Source: Orbicella franksi (taxonomy: Eukaryota). From it: DNA of 64,000 nucleotides. Position 1 is the stretch's first letter, and every line of letters starts with the position of its first letter. A model generated the notes under the pieces. That model was not told where the DNA came from. It was given only the letters and a program-made list of their open reading frames with translations, and made no database searches. Positions 47,610-59,833 of the stretch are shown piece after piece. The DNA is taken from contig OZ116711.1 in assembly GCA_964199315.1 (NCBI GenBank), positions 20,460,001 through 20,524,000 on the forward strand. Reading direction: 5' to 3'. The position numbers and the translations under genes are program-made.

Positions 47610-50600
47610 ATGGCTAACCCGGACACTCCGGAGAATAAACTGGAGATTTTTGAAGGACATCGCGCACAGTCAGGGAGTCACGCTCGTAGAGCAAAGTGCA
47701 CGGTATTGTCATGGCGGTGGGTTCTTTGTGTTCTCGTTGTGGTGATACTGCTTGTTGTTATGGGGATTCTAATGGCTATGTTTGGTCCTGGAAGTAAAGA
47801 CTTGAAGTATCACAACCGCGAAGGCTGTAAAGGTAAGCCGAGCAAGCAGTTGATGCTTTGTTACAAGAAAAGTAGATTGAAATGAAGCGCAGTTTAACTC
47901 AAGGAGTTCTTGATATGAATTTCCCAGACTCATAATTTGAGGTATCTATCTACGATGTCACGGTTTCGCAGTCGTCGAGGAGGAATACCCTTGATTAAAT
48001 TTGTGTTCTGTAGTTTCCTTAGTTTCTCTGACCTGTGTTTAAGCAGAACCAGATTTTCGACCTTCTTCGTAAAGTTGTTTTAAAGTACAAGAGCGAACAA
48101 AGTAGTAGTTGTTGTTGTTGAAAGAATTAACCCTCGTGTTAATAAGATACTTCGAAATTAAAGCGACTTTATAAATTTTAAACGAGAATTGGAGGGAAAA
48201 TTGCTTCTCAATTTTAGCTATTGACGCGAAAGAGGTATTTAAATTTCAACGTGAGGGAAATTAACTCGACTTATTAATCAAATAGTAGAACTATATTAGT
48301 CCGACGTTTCGACGCCCCTAACATCATCAGCAAGACAAGAGTGAAAATATCGAGGTGACAAAAGTATTTGATCAAGCGGAAAACATAATTAACATTTTTT
48401 GTGCGTGTTACATGAATAACTTTGCGCGGACGAGTTTAAGGTGGCTCGATCGGATTTTTGAGTGACGATACTGTTTAACTTTGAGCGACTAGAGCACCAC
48501 CATTATCAATCCAACAGAAAATCAAATGTTAGTGATGCGTTGGAGAAAGATGAAAGTTTCAACTGAGGTACGTTTTACCAAGATCTGAGTTACCATAGCA
48601 ACGTTATGACGTCATACCCAATTTTACATGAGGCCGAATAACTTATCATCAAGGGATAATTTTGGAAATACGACCTCGGGATCTAAGACCTAAACGATGG
48701 AAAAATTAAAAAAAAATGCACGAGAACGTTTTCTAGGAAATTGCGGGTGAAGTTTCAAGGTGTCAAAATACAGCAACAAAAGCTGTTTTAAGATGTTATT
48801 GCAAACTATGTCCACAAGACTTGATTAGTAAATAAATGGTTCTCTGGTTTTAAATGAATCTTATAACATCTAATTAACTCAGGTGAAAATCTCAGAGAAA
48901 TCGCTCCACTTGACTTTCAGAAACATTAGCTTGAATATCATTTGGCATGAGTTTTTATTTTACTTTTTATCAAAAATTGCCCTTACAATTATTAAATTGG
49001 GCGGGAATTAAATAAAACTCAATGAATTTGTTTTAGACTTGGGCCTCAATGAGATTAATCTACCCAACCGCTATCTGGGTTTGTTCTCGGTAGCCCCGAG
49101 TTCAAATCCACGATCGCGTTGTGTAAATAGCCAACTGGTCGGCCTCCGACCAGTTGGGATTCTTAATAGTTTATGTTATATTTGAAATATTTGTTTATTT
49201 ATTTACAGTGTCCCCAATTAGCACATTTGATAGTGCTAAATACATTTGACACTTAAATAAAGTTATTATTATCATTATAATCCATATTCAACGTAATCTC
49301 GAAGTTTCAAATTAACTGACTTTCAACCTCAACTCAGGAAAATGTTGCGCTGATTTTCACGCATGTTGTATTGTTTGTTGTCTGCTATTGTACATTTCTG
49401 TATATCATGAATTCATAAAACGCACGATTGCTTTCCGACGATTTTCCCGAAGCATCCTCAGCTCCTGGATTTTCCCGTCATTTTGAACAACTCCAGGTAG
49501 TTAGGTTTGTGCTGTTGTTACTGTAGTAACTGCGAAGATTTTCAAATAGAGTTTCTGTAAGCATGCACCATGGCTAACACCCATGTGATATTCGCCTCAC
49601 TCCTAGCTTCCCGTCCCGCCCCCCCCCCCCCGCCCCCTCCACCACAACCTCGCGTTATATTTCCCCGTCACCAGATGGGAGCGTAGCAAGGTAGTTAAGT
49701 AAACAGTGATTGTTTCACCTGCTTGGTTTATGAACAGGAACAGAGAAGGATAAAGTACAGTCTTCAAGACGTAATTTGCAGTGCGACGTAGCCATTATCG
49801 GAGGAGGTATGTTCCCAGATCCCACCCTAGTAGGCTATTTTCGTATTCTCGGTACTGGACTGGATCTAGCTTGCAACTGAGGCTTATGAAGACAGTTGCA
49901 TTTGAAAAGACTCCTCGCCTTAATAGCAAGCTCGTTCCAGCCCAATACCGAGAATACGAAAATGGTCTGTTGACACAATACAACCTCGCTCCAAGCGTCT
50001 ACCTTCTTCCTAACCTCTGCCCTGTACGGGAAGAAGAGAGTTTCTGCCGTCTAAAGGAAAGTATGACGCTCAATACCGTTATTAAAGTCACCACTCTTCC
50101 CTCCTCTAGCAGGCATTCTTTCTTCTGGAATTTCAAATTTTAAACAAACTCTCTTCTCTTTCTGAAGCCCCCCTTTCCAAATTGCAAATCGGGAAAACAA
50201 CTATATGCTATTGGTGTCCACCGTCGCTATCATTCTTTTTTGCTGCTGTTACTTCTTGTCAAGAAAGTACGTTAGTCAACAAAAAAATGATTTAAGTAGT
50301 CGTCTATGTCTGTTTTATATGCGTTGGCCAATTTATGATTGAAACGAAGCCCTTATTTGTTATACTCTTCCCCTCCTTCTCATACGGTTTACAAAAACTA
50401 TGCCATCATTGAACACGTGATTAGTCTGATAGCAAAACAAACCAGGCAAGAACTCCAGATTTTCCGGAAAATTCTGCAACCATTTGATTCTTCCACCGAA
50501 AGTTCCAAACATTTAAGCCTGTTTGAGTTGGAGATTATCCAAGCATATTATTTGTTGATTTGTTCTGGTTGTCTTCCTTGTTTAGGTTTATCAGGATTGT

Positions 50601-53600
50601 ACATGGCTGAAACACTCTTGAGAAAAAAGAAAGAGACAAGCGTTTGTGTTTTTGAGAAAGAGGATCGATTTGGTGGCAGGATATTTGATTACTGGTTTCC
50701 TCAAGCCCCTGATATAAGTGTTGGTAAAGAACTACTTAGTAGTAAGAAACAAAAGAACGAACGAGCGAGCGGGTGGGCGGGCCGGCAAAGGAAGGAACGA
50801 ACGAGCGCTAGAGCGAGTGAGTGGGCACACGAACGCACGAACGTTCGACCGACCGACCAACCGACCAAACGAACGAACGAACGAACGAACGATGTCTTGT
50901 GAGACACAAAAGTGTTTTGATGCAGAAAACAGCACGACGTGCGAGAGTGGGGGGGGGGGGGGGGGGGGTTGGGGTCTGAGTGTCCCACATCCAAATTGTC
51001 TTATTGGTTAAATAGGAGACCCCGATATCTGGACCTTTAGCTACATGACTGATAATTCTTACCAATAACTGTTTTTTTTCCTGTTCAGGATTAGGAGCGT
51101 GGCGAGTTGTTAGTGATGCTACGGACATGATGCAAGTATTTCTTGTTTCAGTTAACTTGATGTGCTCTTCATGGATATTCCGTTACACGTCGCTTAAAAT
51201 GTTTATTCTCTTGAAAAAATTAATTGGTTGCATCAAAGTTATAAAGCCATTGAATCAGTTACCAAGAAAAATTTGCCTCTGTCGATTTTGTACAGTCCTT
51301 CTCCACCACTTACCCCATATCATAAATGATATTAAGAGTACAGCTTCTTCGCAGAATAATATTGATAAAGGTGACCAACTTAGGTAATTCTAGCGTTACC
51401 TATGGTTCTCGACATGGCGTGACATTAGCGTGACCTACTAAACTATGGCCACGTATGTCGCTCACCCTCTGGTCAGTCCGCAGACGTTTATTTTTCAATT
51501 AAACCCCCTGCGTTTAATACTTTTGCTTACGATCTTGACGAACTCAAGACAAAATAGAGGTTCTGTGGCCAGGCTACTCCCCTCCTAAAAATGTCTCAAT
51601 ATCATATAGCCTTGTAGCTTTTTCAAAAACGTGACGTCGGATTTTTTTTCTTCTTCTTAGAAAGCTTATTCAGAGATTGAACATTTCGACCATCAAGTGG
51701 GATTATCATTACCCAAGTATCGAGGAAACCCGCGGGGTATTTTCTACTAACAGTATGACAATCAAAAACCAAGCCTTTCCTACGCTGAACAAAGGAAAAT
51801 TCAAGAACATGACAAGAAACGAAATGGCAAGCTATGCTTTCAGAGACGAATATGTGTCCACTGCACCGTCTTTCGCTTCAGTGGATTCGTATATGTCGTA
51901 CTATCTCTCCCCCGAGGGGGCAGAATTTTTATCCGACGCATACGGGTTTAAAGGAGACTATACCGAGCCCATAAACCCTGCACAATATATAGAATATTTA
52001 AAACTGCCTATTTCAAGCAAACATCAGCGACCGTTAAAAGGCATGTCTGAAGTTGTAGACGCACTGGTGTCTTCAGTACAACTTCATGGAGGACTGTTGT
52101 ATAAGAATAGCGAAGTGTCTTCCATCGAAAAGATTGAAACAAAGTACATTATAACAACCTTAAAGCTGGCTGTTTCTGCTAAAAAGATCGTCATCGCGAC
52201 ACATCCTGTTGCTTTCATGAAGATCAAAGGAGAAGTAGCGGAAAAAATTCATCGTGAGCCCGCGTTCCAGTCAATCTTTAGCATGCCCGCGTTCAAGGGG
52301 GCAGCGGTATACAAAGAAGCGTGGTGGAACAACAGCATGGTCACGAACCTCACCCTGGAACCGAGGCAGAAATTTATTTCTAACAGCAACTGCCTAGGAG
52401 TTACACTGCCTTATGGGTAATTGTAATTTTCTTTGCCTTCACGATAATAATATTTTCCTCAACAAGTGTGATTTAGGAAAATAGCGAGATTCTACTATAT
52501 TAATAATAGACGTTGAAGGAAAGTGACTGAACACTTATCGGTTTAAGGTGATTTTGATAAGTGCAGGTATCAAAAATTAACAAACTGCATAAAATACAAT
52601 TGCATATTTATACGCATCCAAAAAAATTCATTGCTAAAGACCATTTCTGAGTTGCCTTTTACGTCCAAACGAAACTTGTGCGTAACAATTCATATGAAAG
52701 TGTATTCCCCCTATAGATTCTTCATGAAATTCAAACTCATTTTCATATGAGAGGTTTTTGCGCAAGGACTCGTTTTGAAACAGAGGCTCAAGGTAACTCG
52801 GAAATGGCCTATAAACGAGACATCAAAAACAACTTATGAGAGAGCCTGCGAGCTTTCACTTAGAGCGGTTTTCAATTAAGTGTTGAAAAGTAATTGCTTT
52901 TGCATTACCACGCCTCACGATTGGCTTAAAAAACTCGCACTAATTTTTCATCCAATCAGAAGTAAAATAATAGCCAATCGTGACTTGTACGCATACGTTT
53001 TCGCGCGCTTGGCGTCAGCTCACTGTATTGTCTGCGTCCTTTGTGATTGGCTAGTGGTTAACTTTGGTTTTGATTTTACGACATCCAATGAAAATCACTG
53101 TGATGTCTGAAAAACAAATTTCTACCTTTTTTTAAGAGGGAGTGGCCCTAACGGTGAAGCCGTCCTCCACACAATGTACACTGATGGAGCATGCAGCAGG
53201 AGGTGGGGAGATATTTTGAGTATCTCTAAGTCAGCTGTGGACAGAGAGCTAAAAAGAGCTTTGGAGTACAAGTTTGGGGGAGCAGTGCCAGATCCCCTGG
53301 ATACAGTTTATCAATACTGGGAGGAGGGAGCCTGGTGAGTCTGAAAATAAGATCTAGGGATTGATGCCTTGACAATGCCTTTGATTTGGAGGCAGCGTGG
53401 CCGAGTAGTGAGGGTGCCGGACTTGAAATCCGGAGGTCGTGAGTGTAAGCCCCGCTCTCATCACTAAGCTTCTCGGTAGACCCTAGTTCGACTCCTCGGT
53501 CATGCCCAAAAATAGTAGTGTAATACCATAGTTTGTATCTTATTGGACAAAAGAGCCGTTTTATCAGTGTATCACATAAAAACCGTGTTTTATCGCTTGT

Positions 53601-54448
53601 TTCTGTCTGTAAAAGGGGCTGAGTCACGGTATTTTAGGTAATTCTGTTAATCGATTTTCGGTAGTCGAGAGCTCCAAACTTCAAACTGGCAGAGCTAGTC
53701 TTCTATACAAGAATGATTTCTGATCGTTATAAATAACCATTTCATAGCCCACCCACGCCTCTGTTTGGATCTTCTGTGTTTCTTGTGAATTCTACAGTTT
53801 TTGGCCACTATATGATATTGTGATAATGAACAGTTACGTCTGTGCTAAAAATTGCCTAAAAGTGCGTGACCTAGCCCACAAATTCTATATGAAAAGAATA
53901 AAATGAAGCCAAAGTACGTAGATATTAGCAAATTCGACCCAACTTAACTTTACATGGACAAACATTGAAATCAAGTGTACGCTTTTTTAGCCCTCTCTAC
54001 ATTAAAAACTTTCTCCGCTAAATCCCATGGAAACGAGGATCTTATTAAGCGTTTGGAACTTAACGCCAGGTTCTCCTCGTCGCGTTATTCTACAAAACCG
54101 GTTCCTGCAATCCCTTTGAGTTCAGAAATCCCAAACTCAAAATAATTTTGACTAATAATGTTACTTCTTTTGTACTTTAGGCATTTTCAGAAGCCTCGTT
54201 CTAACATAACTCTTTCGGAAGTCAGTAACTGGGCAAAACGACCTTTTCCAGAGCAAGATATCTTTGTCATAGGAGACGCGTACAATCCCTACAGGGGGTG
54301 GACACAGGGCGCTATCACGTCAGTCGACAATGCATTGTTGGAAGGTTGGCAGATTCAGGGCAAGAGTTCTTCACAAAAAAAGTACAACTTAGCTGTTTCA
54401 TTGAGTGAGCTTATGCGAGATCCTTCAAGAGATTTGCAGAACCATTAA
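47610..54448 (+). CDS. Type II membrane-anchored flavin L-amino-acid-oxidase-like protein (achacin/aplysianin-A-like), paralogue 2, 564 aa
   Basis: Exons: 47610-47832 (N-terminal tail + TM WVLCVLVVVILLVVMGILMAMF), 49738-49806 (QCDVAIIGG), 50586-50723 (GLSG...VFEKEDRFGGRI), 51089-51131 (LGAWR; GC donor), 51661-52416, 53137-53334, 54181-54448 (VIGDAY..YRGWTQGA). Total 1695 nt, open frame. Confidence 0.88.
49075..49240 (-). mobile_element. tRNA-derived SINE fragment
   Basis: The minus strand carries a B-box-like GGATTTGAACTCGGGGCTACC. Other SINE pieces are at ~12310-12500, ~41465-41545, ~53390-53500 and ~56230-56350. Confidence 0.5.
50755..50892. repeat. (GAAC)n / (CGAC)n low-complexity tract
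   Basis: gaacgaacga runs in an intron. They generate several spurious ORFs in the track. Confidence 0.85.
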
Positions 54449-54994
54449 CAAGTAGCGTTAATATACAGCTGGAAACTGGAAAACAGTGTCACACGTGTTT
54501 TTTTTTTCTTTTTTTTGCTGCCGTGAATAAAAGACGCACACTGGATCGAGAACAACCAATCACAACCCACAAACGTGATCTTTTGAACCCACTGACGTGA
54601 AAATATGTTTCTGAAGGCTGGTTTTTACTAGCGACGGAATCGGAGTCGTAACGTCGCTTAAAGGAGCTCAGTCACGATATTTTGAGTCATTTTGGCCATG
54701 TACAAAAATTACCTTTAAATGGTAGGAAACCTGAAAATAACAGTTTAATAAGATAGAAAAACACCAAAGAGATAATGATAAACTAAAAAGGAACAAGGAT
54801 GGTCAAGGATGGGGAAGATTGACACGGATTACAAGCGACGAGTTTGAAAAATTGAGGCTAAACTTCTCAATATGCGCAAACCGTGACTGAGCCCCTTTGA
54901 CGACTCCGTCACTTATGATCAGTGAAAACTAGATTCTCGGTTTGTGGGAGCCGGAAAGCAGAATTGTCAGAACAGTGCTAGAAATTTGTCAAAC

Positions 54995-55215
54995 CCTGAA
55001 TCGCCAAATTTTGAATTGCCAACTCCTGAGAATCGCCAAATCTTGAATTGCCAAATCTTGAATATCCAAATCTCGAATCGCCAAAACTCGAGTTGCCAAA
55101 TCTTGAATATCTAAATCTTGAATTGCCTAATCCTAAAGAGCCAAATCTTGAATCGCCAAATCTTGAATTCCCAAATCTTGCATTTTTAATATTTGGCAGG
55201 CCAAATCTCCAATTT
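54995..55215. repeat. ~18-20-bp minisatellite (gccaaatcttgaatc)
   Basis: About 10 degenerate tandem copies between the oxidase gene and the PIGW 3' end. Confidence 0.85.
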
Positions 55216-55581
55216 TGAAATCTTACTTACCCTATATTATTTACAGTATTGCGGGACTTTGATAAATGGCTGCTAATTAGAGGGTGGTCGCTTAATAAAG
55301 ATTGGACAGTAGATCATAAGCAACAGCGTCGTGGGATGAATCGGTATTCTGCTACCGACTCCATTGCTGGTAAAAACCAGTCTTATCTTGAGAGGTCCCT
55401 TAAGATGATTGACAGTAGCGAATAATGTAACCGTTGTTTGAGCAGTTCACGTGTTATTCAAAGGTATTGCAAAGGGCCATGAAAACGCAATGCAACGTAA
55501 GTGTACTATACCCTCGCCAGTTACTGTGAGATGTGGGAAGTGTTTTTTGTATTTAATAAAACGCTTTTTCTTTATTTTCCA

Positions 55582-58500
55582 CTAAAACTTCAACGTTTTC
55601 TCTAGCAAATGTAAGACAGAAATCAATAAATTTAATAATAACAGGTAAGTACCAACGACCAGAAAACCTTTCAAGGGAGAACAGAAGATAGTTTGAACGC
55701 AAAAGTTCACGAGTCCAGTCAACACATTAGCGAGCAAAAAATACACAAGTTGATTGCGGTTAACAGCCGCTATAAAGCATGCGCATGGCATCTTTGGTCC
55801 TGCTCGTGATGTCTTGCTTTTCTCATCCGGGACTTTTCCTGGATAACACGCTTGGCAGCCTCCTGTCTCTGCGCCTTCAATCAAGCCTATGTGGTCAGCA
55901 GCGGTTATCAGAATATCACAGAGCAAGAAACTTGAAAGAAGCTGGATGTTGTATGCCACCTGAAATGGAAAAAGTAAGGTCAAGAACTACCATATGTGTA
56001 GCAAGGATGAGGACAATAGAGAACACCACTTTTGAGGCCTCCAGTTTGAAAGTACTTACAAACATGGAATGAAATTAATTGTTTAATGGGAAATGTGAGG
56101 TTCAAGGAAATATCCACCCCCGTCTCTCCCCCCCCCCCCCCCGCCCCCCCAAAAAAGAGAAGAATAAAATAAAGGAGGTCATTGGAATTCCAAAGGGGCA
56201 AGGGAATTGAAAAAATAAGTTACAATATTAAGCCCAGAGAAAAACCATTGGAGGAAAGCGAGAACCAACAACAAACTCAACCCACATGTAGCATCAGGCC
56301 AGAATCGAATCTGGGTGGGAGGCAAGTGCTCTCACCACTGCACCATCCCTGCTGGGGGTTTTTGAAACCCACAGACTTTGTAGGAGAGTATGATATCGGT
56401 AGAGAGTTTGTGGGGGGGGGGGGGGGGGAGAACGTGGAAACTTTCTGGAACCACACAATTCCATGTCAAATAATTTTTGGTTAGATTGTAACTGGATGAT
56501 CATAACTGGGTACTTTGAGTTCGAGACTGCATCAAATCAAGTAAATTTTCCAAAAGATAGCACTAATACCAACTACTTTCCTCAAATTTGATTGGTTGAA
56601 CCACTCATCAGGCATCTTAGCTTAATAGACATTTCACAACTCTACAAATAAGACTTTTCTCTTAAAAATAATGATTTTTATTATAATTATCTGCTACAGG
56701 ATTCTCATGAACACCCTACATACTTGATTGCCCTATCTTTAGATTGGTGAACAATTATTATCCATGAAATCTTAAACCATTAATCTCACATTTCTCATAA
56801 AAGTTCCTCTTTTTATGGAGGAATAATTTTCCAAGGGGCCTAATTGAGGATTTATGGTCCACTGAAACAGACATACCTGTCCAGTTCTGTAGAAAATTTG
56901 ATGTCCAGAAGAACTATTAAGCTATATACAACATAAGTAAACTGTACCTGCCAGAGTACAAATGATAAATTTGCCATTCTTCTGGAAATAGGGCTGATAA
57001 ATTGTTCTGATGCATAAACGGAATGGTAAAACAAGACATCTACTGTGATTAATATAAATAAGGCTTTGATCCATTGCCCCACAGTGTTTCTATAAGAGAG
57101 AAAAAGAACACAACATTATTTTTCCATTTACACTGAGTGACCGTACACGCACATGCATACACTGTAACAACCCTCCCCCTTATATCCAAAAGCCCTTAAA
57201 TTGTACCCTCAAATTTCAGACTTGAAAAGTCTGAGATTGTCACGGACCACAGATACATTGACATATATTCGTTATTAACTTGAGTTTGTTACACCAAAGG
57301 GTCACACCTGAATCTAAACACACAGAGAGCAATTATGAGTAACATTTACATGCTATATTTCAGTATCAGTGTTTACTTAAAGGCTTCTACGGCCAGGTCT
57401 ACCAACAAAAAAAGCCACCAAAATTTCGTAGGCTGGGTATACTATGCAGTGTTGAAGTCATAAGCCTTTTCAAGCACTTGCACTCCAGAATCTGTCTACA
57501 TTTTTTAGTCATTAAAATTCCAATAATAAGAATAATAAAATATAATTTGAAAGTAAACTTAATATGCCATTTCCAAGTTGCTTTTTTCCTCTGTGTCAAA
57601 ACAAGTCTTTGTGTGAAACCATTCATGTGAAAATGTGTTCTGCCTACAGGTTCACTTTCATACAAATCAAACTCATTTTAAAATGAAAGGTTTTGCACGA
57701 GAACTCGTTTTGAAACAGAGGCACAAGGTAACTTGGAAATGGCCTATTTCTTTGGCTCTTTGAAAGTGCTGAACTGGGAAGTTCTGATTAAGTTCAAATA
57801 TGACTGAGGTTGACAGCTAACTTGATATTAACTCTCACCGTTTCTGAAAGAGAAACCTTCCTAACTGAACACCAATCAGGTACAGTGCTAAATATCCTGC
57901 ACAAGAACAAAGACCTTCTCGGTTTGCATCCACAACTCCTTGGCGTGAACCGTTTCCATGGCTACCATACAGGATAAATGCCCTCAAACCTGCACTGCTG
58001 AGGAGGTATTGATACAGCAATGCTATCAGAACTCCTGATATACCATACAAAATGCGTCCTGGAATAAGTCTGATAAACACTGTTGACATGACCTAAAAAA
58101 AGTAATATATGACAGGCAACATGGGTAGTTTCTCTTGAGTAATGTATTTTAATTTATAAATAGTCTTGTTTTTATAGGAGGTTCTGGGGTTCCAACAGAG
58201 GTTTAAGATCTTGGGTTCCACCTATAAAGAGCTCTATTCTATTGTCTCAGGGTTCCAACAAACATGAAATTGCAACATTTTTAGTTTGTCAGTGCTCATT
58301 TTGCCAAAGATAAGTACATGATTTTAAAGGAAAGAAAGTATGCTTGGGGAAAAGAGCACAGGGAGAGTTCTTTGCAGGCTCTTTGCATGGCGAGAAAGAA
58401 GGTGGGGAAAGGGGAACCCCCTTTTTCCTTACCTACTTTCAAACGTAAAGAGCCTGCTTGCAGGCTAATCCAGAGCCAATACTGAACATCCAGAGTTCTG

Positions 58501-59681
58501 CATTGGGTTGATGAGCCGACAGGCTGAAAACCGAATCTAAAAGAAAATAAGGGTCACTCACCCTTACAACAAATAATGTGAAGAAAAAGTTCCAGTGAGT
58601 GCCATATTCGCTAGCGTGCTCTTGGTAATCTGTACCTTTCACAGATAAAAACCGCATGACACCAAGCACTAGTAGTGGCAAAGACGACTTTAAAGACCTG
58701 AAGACCGCTGAAATAAAACCAGTATCACTTGAATAAATGTCTCTTGCTTCTGGAGATACAATGGCATTAGAAATTATAAATGCTCCAACTCCCATATCCA
58801 TCAACCCACTTCCATAGGTTTCGGCTTTGGCAAAACGTCGAGGAAAGATGACAAAATCCACAGCAAGTATGGCGATAGCTGTAGTGATCAGAACATATGC
58901 TCTAAAGCCCCCAATGAAGGGCCGTTTCCTTGACATGTCAGCAGATGAGAGGGTTCGGAAATGCTGACTTTGCACTTCGTTGCTCTTCATTAATTGCAGA
59001 AGTAGCATTCCCATAGACAGACACAAACAGGTTATTAGCAAAGAATGTATGTGATCAGCTAGTACTGTGAATGCCAGGAACACAGGTATGACTAAGGAGC
59101 AGTAATCCACCACAAAGACCATGCTGTAACAGAAAATAATTTTAGCACACATAAGAGAAATAACAAATATGCTAAATTTGATTATAATTGAAGTAATTAA
59201 CAGTTTGCTTCTATGAGGTAAAATGCTTCTACTTGGATTTTACTGCAAGGGGGGTAGGGACGCTCCATTTATGGTCTGACTCTTATCCACGAGGGGTGGG
59301 GGTGGAAAGTCCTGAAATGGGAGTGTCCTTATTGGAGACAAAGTCATTGGGGGAGGATGGATGTATTGAAAAAACACTGCCGATGTTGTCGTTGCTGTTG
59401 TTTTAGCTGGTGTCTTATAAAACAGTGGAAAGATTTAAATACTCCACTGCAACTTTAGGTAAGCATTTAATAGAAACTTACCAACAGAAGACTAACTTTG
59501 AGAACTTTTCTTCCTTTGTAAACAAAACATTAAATAAAATTGTCCTTAATAAAACGGCTGCTGGAGCAGAATGAGTAACTGCGTTGATTTCAAATAGCGA
59601 TGTTCCGTTTAAATCGCTAACAAATCTCTCGTGGAGCTGTTTGTAACTGATGTTCGCATGAAGGCCCATTTCGGCCGCCAT
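55582..59681 (-). CDS. PIGW: Phosphatidylinositol-glycan class W (GWT1) inositol acyltransferase, 511 aa
   Basis: Exons: 59681-59482, 59123-58562, 58092-57839, 57089-56948, 55959-55582 (1536 nt, open). Motifs: FVSDLNGTSLFEI, ILAVDFVIFPRRFAKAETYGSGLMDMGVG, YQEHASEYGTHWNFFFTL, ANREGLCSCAGY, SRRMANLSFVLW, NRNQLVYFLLANVLTGLVN. Confidence 0.96.
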
Positions 59682-59833
59682 TTATTTATTTTTGTGGAAT
59701 TGGCCGAGAAAACCCTGGGCCTAGGCTAAAACAATTCAGTGTCCAGATCTCCCGACTGTTACTGGAAGTAACGCCTGACGATTTTCGACATTTTCGCCTC
59801 CGCTAGAACGTTGCATATGTATTTACTTCAGTC
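59682..59833. promoter_or_regulatory. Putative bidirectional promoter (PIGW / REX1BD)
   Basis: Only 152 bp separate the divergent ATGs. Contains an ETS-like GGAAGT, and a YY1-like GCCGCCATTT overlaps the PIGW start. Confidence 0.7.

Noticed and set aside
50701-51128. Cluster of 67-106-aa ORFs
   Set aside because: They arise from (GAAC)n and poly-G tracts in an intron.
53390-53470. tRNA-like sequence
   Set aside because: The B-box and acceptor stem are degenerate and the sequence continues into SINE body. It is a SINE head, not a tRNA gene.
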